Source of the DNA: a virus
Lineage: Duplodnaviria > Caudoviricetes
Length of the DNA: 64,000 nucleotides
Reading direction: 5' to 3' (one strand)
Virus record (IMG/VR): IMGVR_UViG_3300036833_000232
Span: 1 to 64,000 of that record
The notes under the pieces were generated by a model. It worked only from the letters and a program-made list of their open reading frames with translations, did not search any database and was not told the DNA's origin. The stretch's first letter is position 1. Every line of letters begins with the position of its first letter. Both the position numbers and the translations under genes were made by a program. Positions 18,912 through 28,640 of the stretch are shown piece after piece.

Positions 18912-19540
18912 CGCGGTGGATCTTTCGGCAACCACGAGGGGGCGTGCTCGCTGATATATCCGATGCACGAGGCGTTGACGTCGGACATCACCACTCGCTT
19001 ACCCGAACGCAGGAAGGCTCGGCCGGTGCGGCCGTAACCGCAGCAAAAGTCCCCCGCCGTGGAGTACCGCTGCGCGAGGGCATGCAAAAACTCGGGGGCC
19101 ACACCGTAGGTGCGGTCAGCCTCTGCCCCGGGGCGGTAACCGACGGCCACCGCTTCGTCTTCGTTGAGTCGCATCGGCAGCACCACGTCCGCTGTCGGCA
19201 GTTTCGCCACCGCGTGACGTCCAGTCACGAGGTACACAGGTCCTGCGGCGGCTTCCACGATCTCTCCTACCCGGTTCATGAACATGCTGTAGGTGCGGCC
19301 GTCGCTGATGCCGGCGCGTTCGTTGAACGTGTCATATCCGACTTGCCAGGGCAGGTCAGTCACGATCACGTCGCACGCCTCGTATTCGGCGGGCAGTGTG
19401 GTTGCGGACAAGAGGTCATGCGTGAACGCCACGCATTGCGGGCCCTCCCACCGCAGCACCGACGGTGCCGCTACGGGTGGCTTGTGGGCACCGTGGTAGT
19501 GCACGGTGGGAATCATGCTGCGGGCGCTGCTCTGGCTCAC
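18908..19540 (-). CDS. SAM-dependent methyltransferase-like protein (beta-class motif order)
   Basis: DVIVTDLPW (motif IV-like) precedes DFCCGYGRTG...MSDVN (motif I/II). Confidence 0.65.
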   Translation of the reverse strand: MSQSSARSMIPTVHYHGAHKPPVAAPSVLRWEGPQCVAFTHDLLSATTLPAEYEACDVIVTDLPWQVGYDTFNERAGISDGRTYSMFMNRVGEIVEAAAGPVYLVTGRHAVAKLPTADVVLPMRLNEDEAVAVGYRPGAEADRTYGVAPEFLHALAQRYSTAGDFCCGYGRTGRAFLRSGKRVVMSDVNASCIGYISEHAPSWLPKDPPR

Positions 19541-20802
19541 GCCGAAACCTCCTGGGTGTCGGTTGTGGTGAACAGGATTTGGTCGGGGGTGGCGTTCCAC
19601 TTATCGCGTCGGCGCTTCATCAACTCCTGGTATGCGATGAACGACGCGGTCGATTTGGGCTGGCTGAACCCCAAGCCTTTGCAGTAGAAGTCGTTGCGGA
19701 GCAGGGATTTGCAGACGCGTCGCCACGAGGGAACGAGCCGTTGCGCTTCCAGTCGCGGGTCGGCTTCGTCGGGGATGCCGTTCTCGTAGCCGCGTTCGAC
19801 CCACCACTTGGTGTGGAGCAGGATCTTGTTGCGGAACTGCTCCTCCGTTTTGGGTGGCATGGACGCGACCAGCAACTCGGCGAAGGTTCGCCAGGTGTGC
19901 CCCACCGGTTTGGTGATCTTCCGGTAGCCGTTGATCGCCCCCCACTCCTGCACGTACAGCGCCCCGCCGTTGGCGCCGTTGACTCGGGCGACGACACGCG
20001 CCCACGTTTCCGGCTCAATGAGGTGGAACAGCCACAGCCCACGCCGCTGGTCATCGCCGTAGGGTTGGCAGATGCGCATCTGGGAGGGTTTCAACCCGGC
20101 CATGTGCATGCGGTCGTACAGCTCGTTGTGCCGCTTCTCCGGGTACTTTCCGTGGTAGGTCCAGATGTCTTCCACGGTCATGTCGTAGATCGGGTAGGCG
20201 TTGTAGGTGTGCTCGGTGACTTTCGATGTCCACTGGTAGCCATTCCAGGTGGCTTTGCTGGTCGAGGCGATCGTGCGGTACCGGTTCAGTGACTCGTCCG
20301 CGCGGATGCCCACCAGGCAGGCGGTGCGCTCCCCTTTTCCGTAGTGGTCGCCGAACCGCACCATGAAGTCCTCGAATTCCATGCCCCGCCGGAAAAAGGG
20401 GTACGTGGACGGGTCGGTGACGGCCCGCCGTGGCGGGGTTCTGATCCAGGCTTCCTGTTGGTCCGGGTCCCAGCATTCCCACTTCGGTTCGTACACCGAG
20501 ACGGCGTTGCGCAGCGCCATGGGCAGGCAGATCCAGTGTTCCTCGTCGATCACGTCCGCGTACTCGTCCAGGCATGCCGCAGCGTGGTCGATGGTCAATT
20601 TGTATTGGCCTTCCAGGTCGATCAGCATCACCCCGAACTGGCGGTTCCGGGCGCGGGCTTCATCTGCGACGAGGTGCAGCAGCACGGTGCTGTCCTTGCC
20701 GGCGCTGAAACTGACGTAGACGCGCGGGAACTGGTCGAACACGTCGCTGATGCGCTGCCGGGCTGCGGTCAAGGTGTTGATGTCGAGTCGCCGTTTAGGC
20801 AT
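19537..20802 (-). CDS. PAPS reductase-like/DUF3440 protein (IbrA/YbdN family)
   Basis: PP-loop SFSAGKDS, IDLEGQY, GIRADESLNR, YPIYD, RICQPYG, SWRRVCKSLLRNDFYC. Confidence 0.9.
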   Translation of the reverse strand: MPKRRLDINTLTAARQRISDVFDQFPRVYVSFSAGKDSTVLLHLVADEARARNRQFGVMLIDLEGQYKLTIDHAAACLDEYADVIDEEHWICLPMALRNAVSVYEPKWECWDPDQQEAWIRTPPRRAVTDPSTYPFFRRGMEFEDFMVRFGDHYGKGERTACLVGIRADESLNRYRTIASTSKATWNGYQWTSKVTEHTYNAYPIYDMTVEDIWTYHGKYPEKRHNELYDRMHMAGLKPSQMRICQPYGDDQRRGLWLFHLIEPETWARVVARVNGANGGALYVQEWGAINGYRKITKPVGHTWRTFAELLVASMPPKTEEQFRNKILLHTKWWVERGYENGIPDEADPRLEAQRLVPSWRRVCKSLLRNDFYCKGLGFSQPKSTASFIAYQELMKRRRDKWNATPDQILFTTTDTQEVSA

Positions 20803-21238
20803 TGGCGTGCGTCCTCTCCCCGTGTAGTGGTGTTACCAGCAGTTCGAGGGGGAACAGTCCGGGAGTGCGGCTGCTCTCCCGTTCGGTACGCCATTCCCTC
20901 GCTGCCTGGTCGGCCACCATGTTGGCCGCGTGCTGTTCGGCGGCGGTCAGTGTCCACCACGCCAGCCGGGTGGCGTGCTCCGCGATCCCGGCGAGGTGGC
21001 AGCAGGTGGCTTGGCCGATCCAGGCGCGTTGGTTCTGGACCATGGTGGTGAGGTTTTGCTCGGCCGCGTTGGGCCAGTCACGCAGCATGCACCGGGCGGC
21101 ATCCAGAAAGACGGCGGGGTCGCTGAGGATGTGGGCGGCTTGCTCCGTTTCGGCGGTGACGTTCGATGGGTGCTGCCACATTCCGGCCTGCCAGTCTTCC
21201 CACTCCGTGTAGGGGTGGAAGACCTGGGGGTTAGCCAT
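20795..21238 (-). CDS. hypothetical protein between IbrB-like and IbrA-like genes
   Basis: HPYTEWEDWQAGMW...EQNLT...AWIGQATCC; overlaps both neighbours. Confidence 0.75.
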   Translation of the reverse strand: MANPQVFHPYTEWEDWQAGMWQHPSNVTAETEQAAHILSDPAVFLDAARCMLRDWPNAAEQNLTTMVQNQRAWIGQATCCHLAGIAEHATRLAWWTLTAAEQHAANMVADQAAREWRTERESSRTPGLFPLELLVTPLHGERTHANA

Positions 21239-21962
21239 CGCTGGCGTCCGGTGTGGTGATTCCGCCGTCGACTCCGGCGGCGGCCAGTGCGTCGTCATCG
21301 AGGTCGTCGGGGGCCAGTTCGGCTTCCCATGCCGCGCTGAATTCGCGGTCGGCGAAGGCGTCGGCGAGGCCGGTGATCTGGGTGAGGCGCAGTACCTCGT
21401 CGGCGTCCATACCCAACTCTTTGCTGATCTTGTTGTCGGACCAGTTTCGGCGCTTCAGCTCCAGCACGATGTCCGACATGCGGATCACTGAATGCTTGCC
21501 GCGGGCCCGGTTGTGACGGATCGTGGACGCCATCCGGTCAGGTCGGTCGCCGCGGTCTGCGCGGATCTGCACCAGCGGCAGGTAGCCGTGCACCCGTTCC
21601 GCCACGTCGGGGTATTCCTTGCCGACGCGTGACCGGTGGAACCCGTCGACGACTTCGCGGTGGCCGTCTTCCGCGTTCGACACGATGGGTTGGGTGAACC
21701 CGTCGGCGAGGACGGACAGGCGCAGCAACTCCATTTCGGGTGCGGCGACCGTGTTCGGGTTGTAGCTGTTGGCTTGGACGTCCGTTGCTGGCACCCATTC
21801 GATGTAGTCGACCGGTTCGGCGCTGAAGGGGCTGTATTCGGCGAGTACGGCTCGTAGTTCGTTGAGTAGTGCCACCTGGTTGGGCAGGTCGTGGTCCCGG
21901 AACCAGAGTTTCGCGAGGGCCCGGAGGTCTTTCGCGGCGCGGCTTTCGACGCGGTCACTCAT
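21231..21962 (-). CDS. ParB/Srx-like protein (IbrB/YbdM family)
   Basis: ANSYNPN, DGFTQPIV, VVDGFHR, STIRHNRARGKH, ELGMDADEVLRL. Confidence 0.9.
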   Translation of the reverse strand: MSDRVESRAAKDLRALAKLWFRDHDLPNQVALLNELRAVLAEYSPFSAEPVDYIEWVPATDVQANSYNPNTVAAPEMELLRLSVLADGFTQPIVSNAEDGHREVVDGFHRSRVGKEYPDVAERVHGYLPLVQIRADRGDRPDRMASTIRHNRARGKHSVIRMSDIVLELKRRNWSDNKISKELGMDADEVLRLTQITGLADAFADREFSAAWEAELAPDDLDDDALAAAGVDGGITTPDASDG

Positions 21963-22156
21963 CGCTTGGTGATCCTGTCTGTGGTGGGGACGTTCTGTTG
22001 TGCGCGTTCCGGCGGTGCCGTCGGCATTGTGTCGAGGTGGTTGAGGGCGTCGGTGAGTAGCACTCGGACCATGCTGGATCGGCTGCGGTCGTGCCGGTGG
22101 GCGGCGGCTTCGATTCGGGCGACCACGTCGTCCGGCACCGTCACTGTGATGCGCAT
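21959..22156 (-). CDS. ribbon-helix-helix (CopG-like) regulator
   Basis: MRITVTVPDDVVARIEAAA...SRSSMVRVLL; TATAGT -10 element 6 nt upstream. Confidence 0.8.
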   Translation of the reverse strand: MRITVTVPDDVVARIEAAAHRHDRSRSSMVRVLLTDALNHLDTMPTAPPERAQQNVPTTDRITKR

Positions 22157-22201
22157 TGCATCACTATAGCATCACTGTTCATCAGGTGGTGGTGCGCGGT
22201 G

Positions 22202-22651
22202 GTGCTGTCCAAACCCCAACGCGCCAAGGTCGCCGAACGCCGCGCCGAAGCCATCGGACTCCGCCTAGCCGGCATGGACTGGGACACCATCGCCACCCGC
22301 CTCCACTACGCCGACAAAGCCGCTGCCTGCAAAGACGTCTCCCGCGCCCTCGCCGCCCGCCTCGAAGAGGAAGGCCGCGCGGTTGAGGAGTACCGCGAGG
22401 TCGAGTTGATGCGCCTGGACCGTCTCCAAGCCGCAGCGTGGCCCGCCGCACTCGCCGGAGACGTCCGCTCCATCGAAGCCGTCCTACGCCTCATGATCGG
22501 CCGCTGGAAACTCCTCGGCCTGGAAGCACCTGTGCGGGCGGAGGTGCTGACCATCGATGCCATCAACGCCGAAATCCAGTCCCTCAGCGGACAGGTCGGC
22601 GGCGGAGATCCGGTTGGAGAGGTTGCAGGCCCTCCGGCGATTGAAGCTTGA
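22202..22651 (+). CDS. HTH protein, probable terminase small subunit
   Basis: LRLAGMDWDTIATRLHY HTH; directly upstream of TerL. Confidence 0.6.
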   Translation: MLSKPQRAKVAERRAEAIGLRLAGMDWDTIATRLHYADKAAACKDVSRALAARLEEEGRAVEEYREVELMRLDRLQAAAWPAALAGDVRSIEAVLRLMIGRWKLLGLEAPVRAEVLTIDAINAEIQSLSGQVGGGDPVGEVAGPPAIEA

Positions 22652-24143
22652 GGCTGAACAACGTGAGCGGGAACGGCTGGCCCGGCTGGACGTGTTCGGG
22701 CTGTTGCACTACGAGCCGACCCCAAAGCAGGCCGTGTTCCACGCCGCCACCGAGTTTGACGTCCTGTTCGGTGGAGCTGCTGGCGGCGGAAAAAGTCGTG
22801 CCCTTGTCATGCATGCGATCCGGGAATGCGTCCGCTACCCCGGTGTCCGGGCCGCGGCGTTCCGGCGCACGTATGGCGAGCTCAAAGATTCCCTGCTGGC
22901 CGAGTTGGCGCAGGTCGGGTTCGCGTCGGCGGTCGGGGCCCGGTGGAACGGCACCGACTACGACCTGCGGTTCCCCAACGGCTCCATCCTGCAATTCCGG
23001 TACGCCGAAACGATCCCCGACGCGTCCCGCCGACTGGGTGCCCAATACCAACTGCTGCTGTTCGACGAACGCACCCAGACGAACCCTGATGTGCTGCTGT
23101 TCCTGGAGTCCCGGCTGCGGTCCGGGCGCCGGGATGTGCCGGTGCTGGGGATCCGGTCGGCGACCAACCCCGGCGGCCCGGGCCACAGCATGGTCAAGTC
23201 GCGGTACATCAAACCGACCGCGTACGGCGAGCGGGTGGTGCGCGATGAGCGTGGCCGCACCGTCCGGTTCATTCCGTCCCGACTGTCGGACAACCCGCAC
23301 ATCAACCCCGAGTACGCCCACGACTTGCAGGTGCTGCCGGAGCAGATGCGCGCCGCCTACTTGGATGGCAACTGGGATGTGTTCGCGGGGATGATGTTCC
23401 CGGAGTGGTCGCACGACCGGCATGTTGTTGCCCCGTTCACGCTGCCTGCGGAGTGGCGGCGGTACAACGGCATCGACTGGGGTTACAGCGCGCCGTGGGT
23501 GGTTTTGTGGGCTGCGGTCGACGAGGACGGCCGGGTCTACGTCTACCGGGAGATCTCGGAGCGGGGTGTCGGCGAGGCCGAGCAGGCTGGCCGCATCCTC
23601 GCCGCTGAGGCTGCCGGGGAACAGGTGGTGGCCCGGTACGCGGATGACGCGATGTGGGCGACCCGCGGGGACGCGAAGCCGATCGCGCAGGTCTACGCGG
23701 ACAACGGTTGCCATCTCACCCCCGCCGGTAAGGGTGGTCGGGTCGCCGGGTGGCAGCGCATGCATTCCTACCTCGCGGAGGCGCCGGCGTGTCCGCATCA
23801 CCGCGCGCAGGGGTGGAAGTCGTGCCCGAAGCTGCATGTGTTCTCCACCTGTGAGCAGTTCGTTACGACGGTGCCGGATTTGCCGCATGCCACTACGGGG
23901 GATCCGGAGGACGCGGATACCCGCGCGGACGACCATTGTGCTGATGCGGCTAGGTATTTCATGATCAACCTTGGTACGGGTCCCGAGTTCACGATCTTCG
24001 ACGAACCGGAGGAACGTCCCCTGCACCAACCTGCCCCCGGGATGATCGTGGTCCCGCGTGATCACAACACCCCCCGGCGCCAGGCCGATGTCGACGAGGA
24101 CGGGCCGCGGCCGGGCGCCGTCACCATCTCCCCGTTCGCCTAG
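22557..24143 (+). CDS. terminase large subunit
   Basis: Walker A GGAAGGGKS, Walker B LLFDE, ATNPGG, GIDWG, DDHCADAARY. Confidence 0.95.
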   Translation: MPSTPKSSPSADRSAAEIRLERLQALRRLKLEAEQRERERLARLDVFGLLHYEPTPKQAVFHAATEFDVLFGGAAGGGKSRALVMHAIRECVRYPGVRAAAFRRTYGELKDSLLAELAQVGFASAVGARWNGTDYDLRFPNGSILQFRYAETIPDASRRLGAQYQLLLFDERTQTNPDVLLFLESRLRSGRRDVPVLGIRSATNPGGPGHSMVKSRYIKPTAYGERVVRDERGRTVRFIPSRLSDNPHINPEYAHDLQVLPEQMRAAYLDGNWDVFAGMMFPEWSHDRHVVAPFTLPAEWRRYNGIDWGYSAPWVVLWAAVDEDGRVYVYREISERGVGEAEQAGRILAAEAAGEQVVARYADDAMWATRGDAKPIAQVYADNGCHLTPAGKGGRVAGWQRMHSYLAEAPACPHHRAQGWKSCPKLHVFSTCEQFVTTVPDLPHATTGDPEDADTRADDHCADAARYFMINLGTGPEFTIFDEPEERPLHQPAPGMIVVPRDHNTPRRQADVDEDGPRPGAVTISPFA

Positions 24144-24511
24144 CCAGGTGGCGAGTCGACGAGTTGCCGGGTCCGACATGGCCAGTCCCGGCCGCACTCC
24201 ACGCAGACACCGTTGTCGGATTGGGTGTGAAGATCCCGCACCGCCCGGGCAAGGTGGTCGTAGTCGCGCGGCTCGTTCGGCCGCCGCGGACGAACGAAAA
24301 TGCCCGCGCCTTGGCGCCTGACCACCGTGCCATCGGCATGGAGTAGGTCCAGCGCGCGGCGCACGGTTTCGCGGGCGACCTGGAACCGGTCGCACAGCGC
24401 GCTAGCAGAGGGCAGCCGGTCGCCCGGTTGGTAGGTGCCATCCCGGATGCGGTCACGGAGCCACGCTGCGATTTGCAGATAGGCCGGCCGCGGGTCATCG
24501 AGATCCACCAT
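24140..24511 (-). CDS. GntR-family wHTH regulator
   Basis: YLQIAAWLRDRI...PGDRLPS...VARETVRRAL...RQGAGIFV. Confidence 0.88.
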   Translation of the reverse strand: MVDLDDPRPAYLQIAAWLRDRIRDGTYQPGDRLPSASALCDRFQVARETVRRALDLLHADGTVVRRQGAGIFVRPRRPNEPRDYDHLARAVRDLHTQSDNGVCVECGRDWPCRTRQLVDSPPG

Positions 24512-24577
24512 GGCGGCGAGCGTAAACGGCCCCTACTGACTGACGTCGCACCGTGCGGGTTTGTCCGGGGGTGACAT

Positions 24578-26197
24578 GTGGGTGCGTTCACCGAGGCGGC
24601 CGTCGGATGGTTGCTGAACCGGCCCCGCACCGGCGTGGTCGAGGCAGCGGACCGGGCGCTCGCCCCGGCGGTCCCCGAACGCGCCGGCTTCGAGTACGGG
24701 ATTCCCCGCGGCGGGTTGACCGAATGGAACGCGGGGGTCGGGGCCTCCACCCAGACTGACCGGCGCAGCCAGATGCAGGAGTTGTACGAGGCGTTCCTGG
24801 GCTGCCCGTGGTCGTGGGCGTGTGTGAACGCGATCGCCCGCACCATCACCGCCGGTGGCCTGGTCACCGACTGGGACGCCGATGACGGCGAAGGTGACCA
24901 GGACCAGCCGGCGAAACCGGCGAACGTGCTGGCGTTGGAGAAGCTGCTGACGTTCACCAACCCCCGCGAAGACATCCGCCAACTGTTGCGGTCCACAATC
25001 GCGGATTTGTTGGTGTTCGGGGACGCCTACATTGAGGTCACGTACGTTGGGTCGATCCCGGTCGCCCTGTACACGCTGGATTCGCCGTCAACGACGCCGA
25101 TCGCGGATGAGCACGGCACGATCACCGGGTATGTGCAGGTCACCGACTACGGGCAGCGCGCCACGTTCGAACCCCGCGAGGTCATCCACATTTCGCTGGA
25201 CGCACCCCGGTCGGGGGTGTTCGGGGTGTCGCCGACGCAGGCCGCGATCCTGCCGATCATGTCGTGGCTGTTCACCGCCGCGACCTTGAAAGAGACGTTC
25301 AGGAAGGGCAACCCCGCGAACATCTGGGCGGACATGCCAGCCGGAATGTCCTCCACGGAGCAGGCCCGGTGGATCGCCCAGTACCACACGAACAACCTCG
25401 GGCCCCGCAACATCGGCACACCGATCGTCACCAAAGGTGGCGCGCACATCCAGGAGTTGCAGGCCGGGAAAATCGCCGAGTATTTGCAGACGCTGGACCA
25501 GAAACGCGACGAGATCCTCGCCTCCTACGGTGTGCCACCAGCGCAGGCCACCGTCATCGAATCCGGCAACATCGGCTCCGGCACCGGCGAATCACAACGC
25601 AAAATGTTCCAAGTCAACACCTGCCAACCGATCGCCGAACTGCTGCTGGAGAAACTCAACTACGCGATCGTCAAACTCGGGTTCGCGATCGACGGGTGGC
25701 GCCTGAAATTCCGCGAGATCGACATGCGGGACTCGGCGGTGATCGAGCAGATCCGGGACATGCGGCTGCGGAACGGCTCGTGGGTGTTGAACAAGTACCG
25801 CACAGAGATCGGTGAGCCGCCGGTGCCCGGTGGGGACGACGCCATCCTGGTGGACCGCCAGAACCTGGTGTTGTGGCAGGACATGGCGTCCTACTCCACC
25901 AGCGGGATCGCCGCGAAGTTGAAGGGCACCGCGCTGGAACCGGCCGAGCCGGGAGCGCCGGGGACACCGGTCGGCCTAGAGAAACCCGAACCGGCCCCGG
26001 TGCCGGCCGCGTTGGCACCGTTCGCTGGGCAGGGCAACCCCGCCGGCACCGAGCAGGAACTCGACGGGGAAGATGGAGAAGAGGAAACCGTCGGGGCGGG
26101 TGTTGGGGTGTTGAGTGAGGCGTGGCAGCACGCCTACCGGGAACGCCTCGCGGTGGCGTTGCGGGAGCTACCCGGTGTGGATACCAACGCTGCATGA
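24578..26197 (+). CDS. portal protein (HK97-like)
   Basis: ACVNAIARTI, LLVFGDAYIE, EVIH, GVSP, EILASYGVPP. Confidence 0.92.
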   Translation: MGAFTEAAVGWLLNRPRTGVVEAADRALAPAVPERAGFEYGIPRGGLTEWNAGVGASTQTDRRSQMQELYEAFLGCPWSWACVNAIARTITAGGLVTDWDADDGEGDQDQPAKPANVLALEKLLTFTNPREDIRQLLRSTIADLLVFGDAYIEVTYVGSIPVALYTLDSPSTTPIADEHGTITGYVQVTDYGQRATFEPREVIHISLDAPRSGVFGVSPTQAAILPIMSWLFTAATLKETFRKGNPANIWADMPAGMSSTEQARWIAQYHTNNLGPRNIGTPIVTKGGAHIQELQAGKIAEYLQTLDQKRDEILASYGVPPAQATVIESGNIGSGTGESQRKMFQVNTCQPIAELLLEKLNYAIVKLGFAIDGWRLKFREIDMRDSAVIEQIRDMRLRNGSWVLNKYRTEIGEPPVPGGDDAILVDRQNLVLWQDMASYSTSGIAAKLKGTALEPAEPGAPGTPVGLEKPEPAPVPAALAPFAGQGNPAGTEQELDGEDGEEETVGAGVGVLSEAWQHAYRERLAVALRELPGVDTNAA

Positions 26198-26490
26198 CCC
26201 GATAGTGCGGGGTGACACGCAGCGGTTCGGCAATTGCAGGGGTGCGTGACATCTCGGCGCTACGATGGCGCCGCGTCTCTCGGCTGAACGTAGACACAAC
26301 GGTGACCCTCTGCTGGCACGGGGGGTCACCTTCATTAACTCTGGCCCCGATCAGCCTGATCATTCGGACGCTCCCCTGCCAGGTACTACCCCCGCACTGG
26401 AACCGGGCACGCTGCCCGACCATCCGCTGCGCGCGGACGATGTACAGGCCCTGCTCTCCAAAGAAATCGGATAGCCAGGGGGTGCGGCAC

Positions 26491-26733
26491 GTGCCGAAAG
26501 CGCGGATCTACAAACACGCTGGCGAATGGTGGTGTACCCGCCCCACGATGGGATTCGGGTCGACGTTTCAGATCTCCCGTCACAGTACGTGGCGAGCCGC
26601 TGTCCAATCCCTCCGGCAGGGACCCGGTGGAACTGGGGGTGGTCAGTGCGAACGCGCCGACAGTCCCACTACCGGGACCGGGCCTGTCCCTGCGTGGACA
26701 CCGCTCTGGCATCCCGGCGGGCACCCGTGGTAG
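26491..26733 (+). CDS. hypothetical protein
   Basis: AGGGGG RBS; MPKARIYKHAGEWWC. Confidence 0.5.
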   Translation: MPKARIYKHAGEWWCTRPTMGFGSTFQISRHSTWRAAVQSLRQGPGGTGGGQCERADSPTTGTGPVPAWTPLWHPGGHPW

Positions 26734-26933
26734 TGGTGCTGTGGATCGTGGACCGGCTGCTTGCGCCGATCATGGCGGGCCTGGTCGTCAGCGTGGTGGT
26801 GACCCTGTGGGGCCGTCGGCATGTGCGGGACCTGCATGCCCGTCTCGATGTGCAGGATGAGCACCTCGCGGCGCAGGACACGCACCTGGACGCCCAGGAC
26901 ACCGTTCTGAAAGACCTCCGCGGCACGCCCTGA
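26727..26933 (+). CDS. small membrane protein with coiled-coil tail
   Basis: TM plus LDxQDxH heptads. Confidence 0.55.
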   Translation: MVVVLWIVDRLLAPIMAGLVVSVVVTLWGRRHVRDLHARLDVQDEHLAAQDTHLDAQDTVLKDLRGTP

Positions 26934-26945
26934 CCACCCGAGGGG

Positions 26946-27989
26946 GTGGCCGTGCAGGTCGATTTCGCGGTCCGGGCCCGTGCCGCGTTCGCCGCCGGGT
27001 GGGCCGGCACCGGTGGCCCGCTGACCCCCCGAGTTGCGGCGGCGTGCCGTGCCGCAGTCGCTCTCGCCGCCGAGCACCCGAACCATCCGGGGGTGCTGGA
27101 GGCGACCCTGCTGATCGGGTCGATGGAGGGCACGTGGGCCCGGGTGTATGCCCGCCGCGAGGCGCTCTACACCACCCACATCGACGCGATCACCACCGCG
27201 TGGCGGGCGTGGATCACCACCCACCTGGATGTTCCCGCCGTAGTGGGTGCCTACCGGCGCAAGGTCGGTGCACCCGTTGAGGCCGCGTCAGACGCTGAGC
27301 AGCGCCGCCGGGAACGGGAAGTCGCCGCGATCGCCCTACTGCTGTTGCTGCTGCACGGGATGCTCGCCGACGGGCACCGCGACGCAGACCCCACCTATGT
27401 GGCACTGATCGGCACCATCGAGGTGGCGCTACGGGAAGGCACCGCGGAAGGCACCGCCGGGGCGGTCGCGCTGCTCGCCCAGCAGGCCGGGCACACCGCC
27501 GCCGTCGACTTCGACAAGGCCTACACCGACGCGCTCGCCGCCGCGGCCGGTGAGGACCAGTACGCGGCGCTCGCACTGGCCTGGCTGAAACGGATGGTCG
27601 CATCGGTCGCCGCCGCCGCCGGCCGGGCACTGGCCGCCGCAGACGAGCCCCCCGATGCCACCACCGACGATGAGGCCGAGGCGGTCACCGACACAACCAG
27701 CGGCGAGAAGAACCACGCGGTCCCCGGGTTCGCGGACTGGTTGCTGGGCGCGGCGTTCTGGCTGGGTGGCCTCGCGGTATACGCCGCACTGAACATTGCG
27801 GCAGTCAACTGGGTCACTGTCGGGGACACCCGGGTCTGTGCGGCGTGCGCCGCGAACGAGGACAACAGCCCCTACCCGCTGATCAGCGCACCGAGCCCTC
27901 CCCAACATCCGCGGTGTCGGTGTTGGACGGTCCCCGCCGGCCCGGTCGCGTCCCTCGGTCAATTCGCCACCTACCTGATCGGGGGCTGA
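26946..27989 (+). CDS. minor head protein (Mu gpF/SPP1 gp7-like)
   Basis: WVTVGDTRVCAAC...PPQHPRCRC. Confidence 0.85.
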   Translation: MAVQVDFAVRARAAFAAGWAGTGGPLTPRVAAACRAAVALAAEHPNHPGVLEATLLIGSMEGTWARVYARREALYTTHIDAITTAWRAWITTHLDVPAVVGAYRRKVGAPVEAASDAEQRRREREVAAIALLLLLLHGMLADGHRDADPTYVALIGTIEVALREGTAEGTAGAVALLAQQAGHTAAVDFDKAYTDALAAAAGEDQYAALALAWLKRMVASVAAAAGRALAAADEPPDATTDDEAEAVTDTTSGEKNHAVPGFADWLLGAAFWLGGLAVYAALNIAAVNWVTVGDTRVCAACAANEDNSPYPLISAPSPPQHPRCRCWTVPAGPVASLGQFATYLIGG

Positions 27990-27990
27990 C

Positions 27991-28392
27991 ATGGCGATCT
28001 ACAACCCGCGCGCTGACCTGCTGTGGTGGTCCCAAACCGCACCCGGGATCGGATCCACCCTGTCGGTAGTCGGCACCTACCACTCCGCCGACATCGACCT
28101 ACGGGACGTGTGCGATGTGTGGCTCGCCGTCTACGTCGCCGGGACCTCCACCGGCACCCTACCGACGCTGGACGTGTGGCTGGACCTCAAAGAAGCATCC
28201 GGCCAGTACCTGTTGCAGGCACTGCACCTCACCCAGTTGACCTCGACACCGAACTACGCGTCGGCCAGCGCCGGGATCCACATCCAGTCCACCGGGTCGA
28301 TGACGTTGCCGGAGTTCGGGCGGGTCACCTGGACGTTGGGTGGCACCACCCCGGTGTATCCGCAGGCGTCGATCAGCCTGTACGGGCGGTGA
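27991..28392 (+). CDS. hypothetical virion protein
   Basis: beta-rich ORF in head module. Confidence 0.65.
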   Translation: MAIYNPRADLLWWSQTAPGIGSTLSVVGTYHSADIDLRDVCDVWLAVYVAGTSTGTLPTLDVWLDLKEASGQYLLQALHLTQLTSTPNYASASAGIHIQSTGSMTLPEFGRVTWTLGGTTPVYPQASISLYGR

Positions 28393-28400
28393 ACCAGGTG

Positions 28401-28616
28401 ATGAAACCACGGATGTTGTCCCGCCCGGACCCGGCCGACGATGAGCGCGCTGATCTGCTCGCGGACTTTTGCGCCCTGTTGATCGACGCGTTGCAGGTGC
28501 CCGAGGTGGTCGCCGCGATGCGATCGGCCCTCGACGACGAACCACCGACTTCGATGCCTCCGCCGCCCTCTGTGCGTGCGGCCGGGCCGGCTACCGCCCG
28601 CGGCCGACGCCGCTGA
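28401..28616 (+). CDS. small hypothetical protein
   Basis: ORF fills gap in operon. Confidence 0.45.
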   Translation: MKPRMLSRPDPADDERADLLADFCALLIDALQVPEVVAAMRSALDDEPPTSMPPPPSVRAAGPATARGRRR

Positions 28617-28640
28617 ATCCCATGTGAAGGGGAGGTTGGT

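Noticed and set aside
21231-21962. ParB as a plasmid partition protein
   Set aside because: Motifs and context match IbrB-type ParB/Srx; no adjacent parA.
26212-26474. Short ORFs after the portal gene
   Set aside because: Competing frames and no clear RBS; not called.
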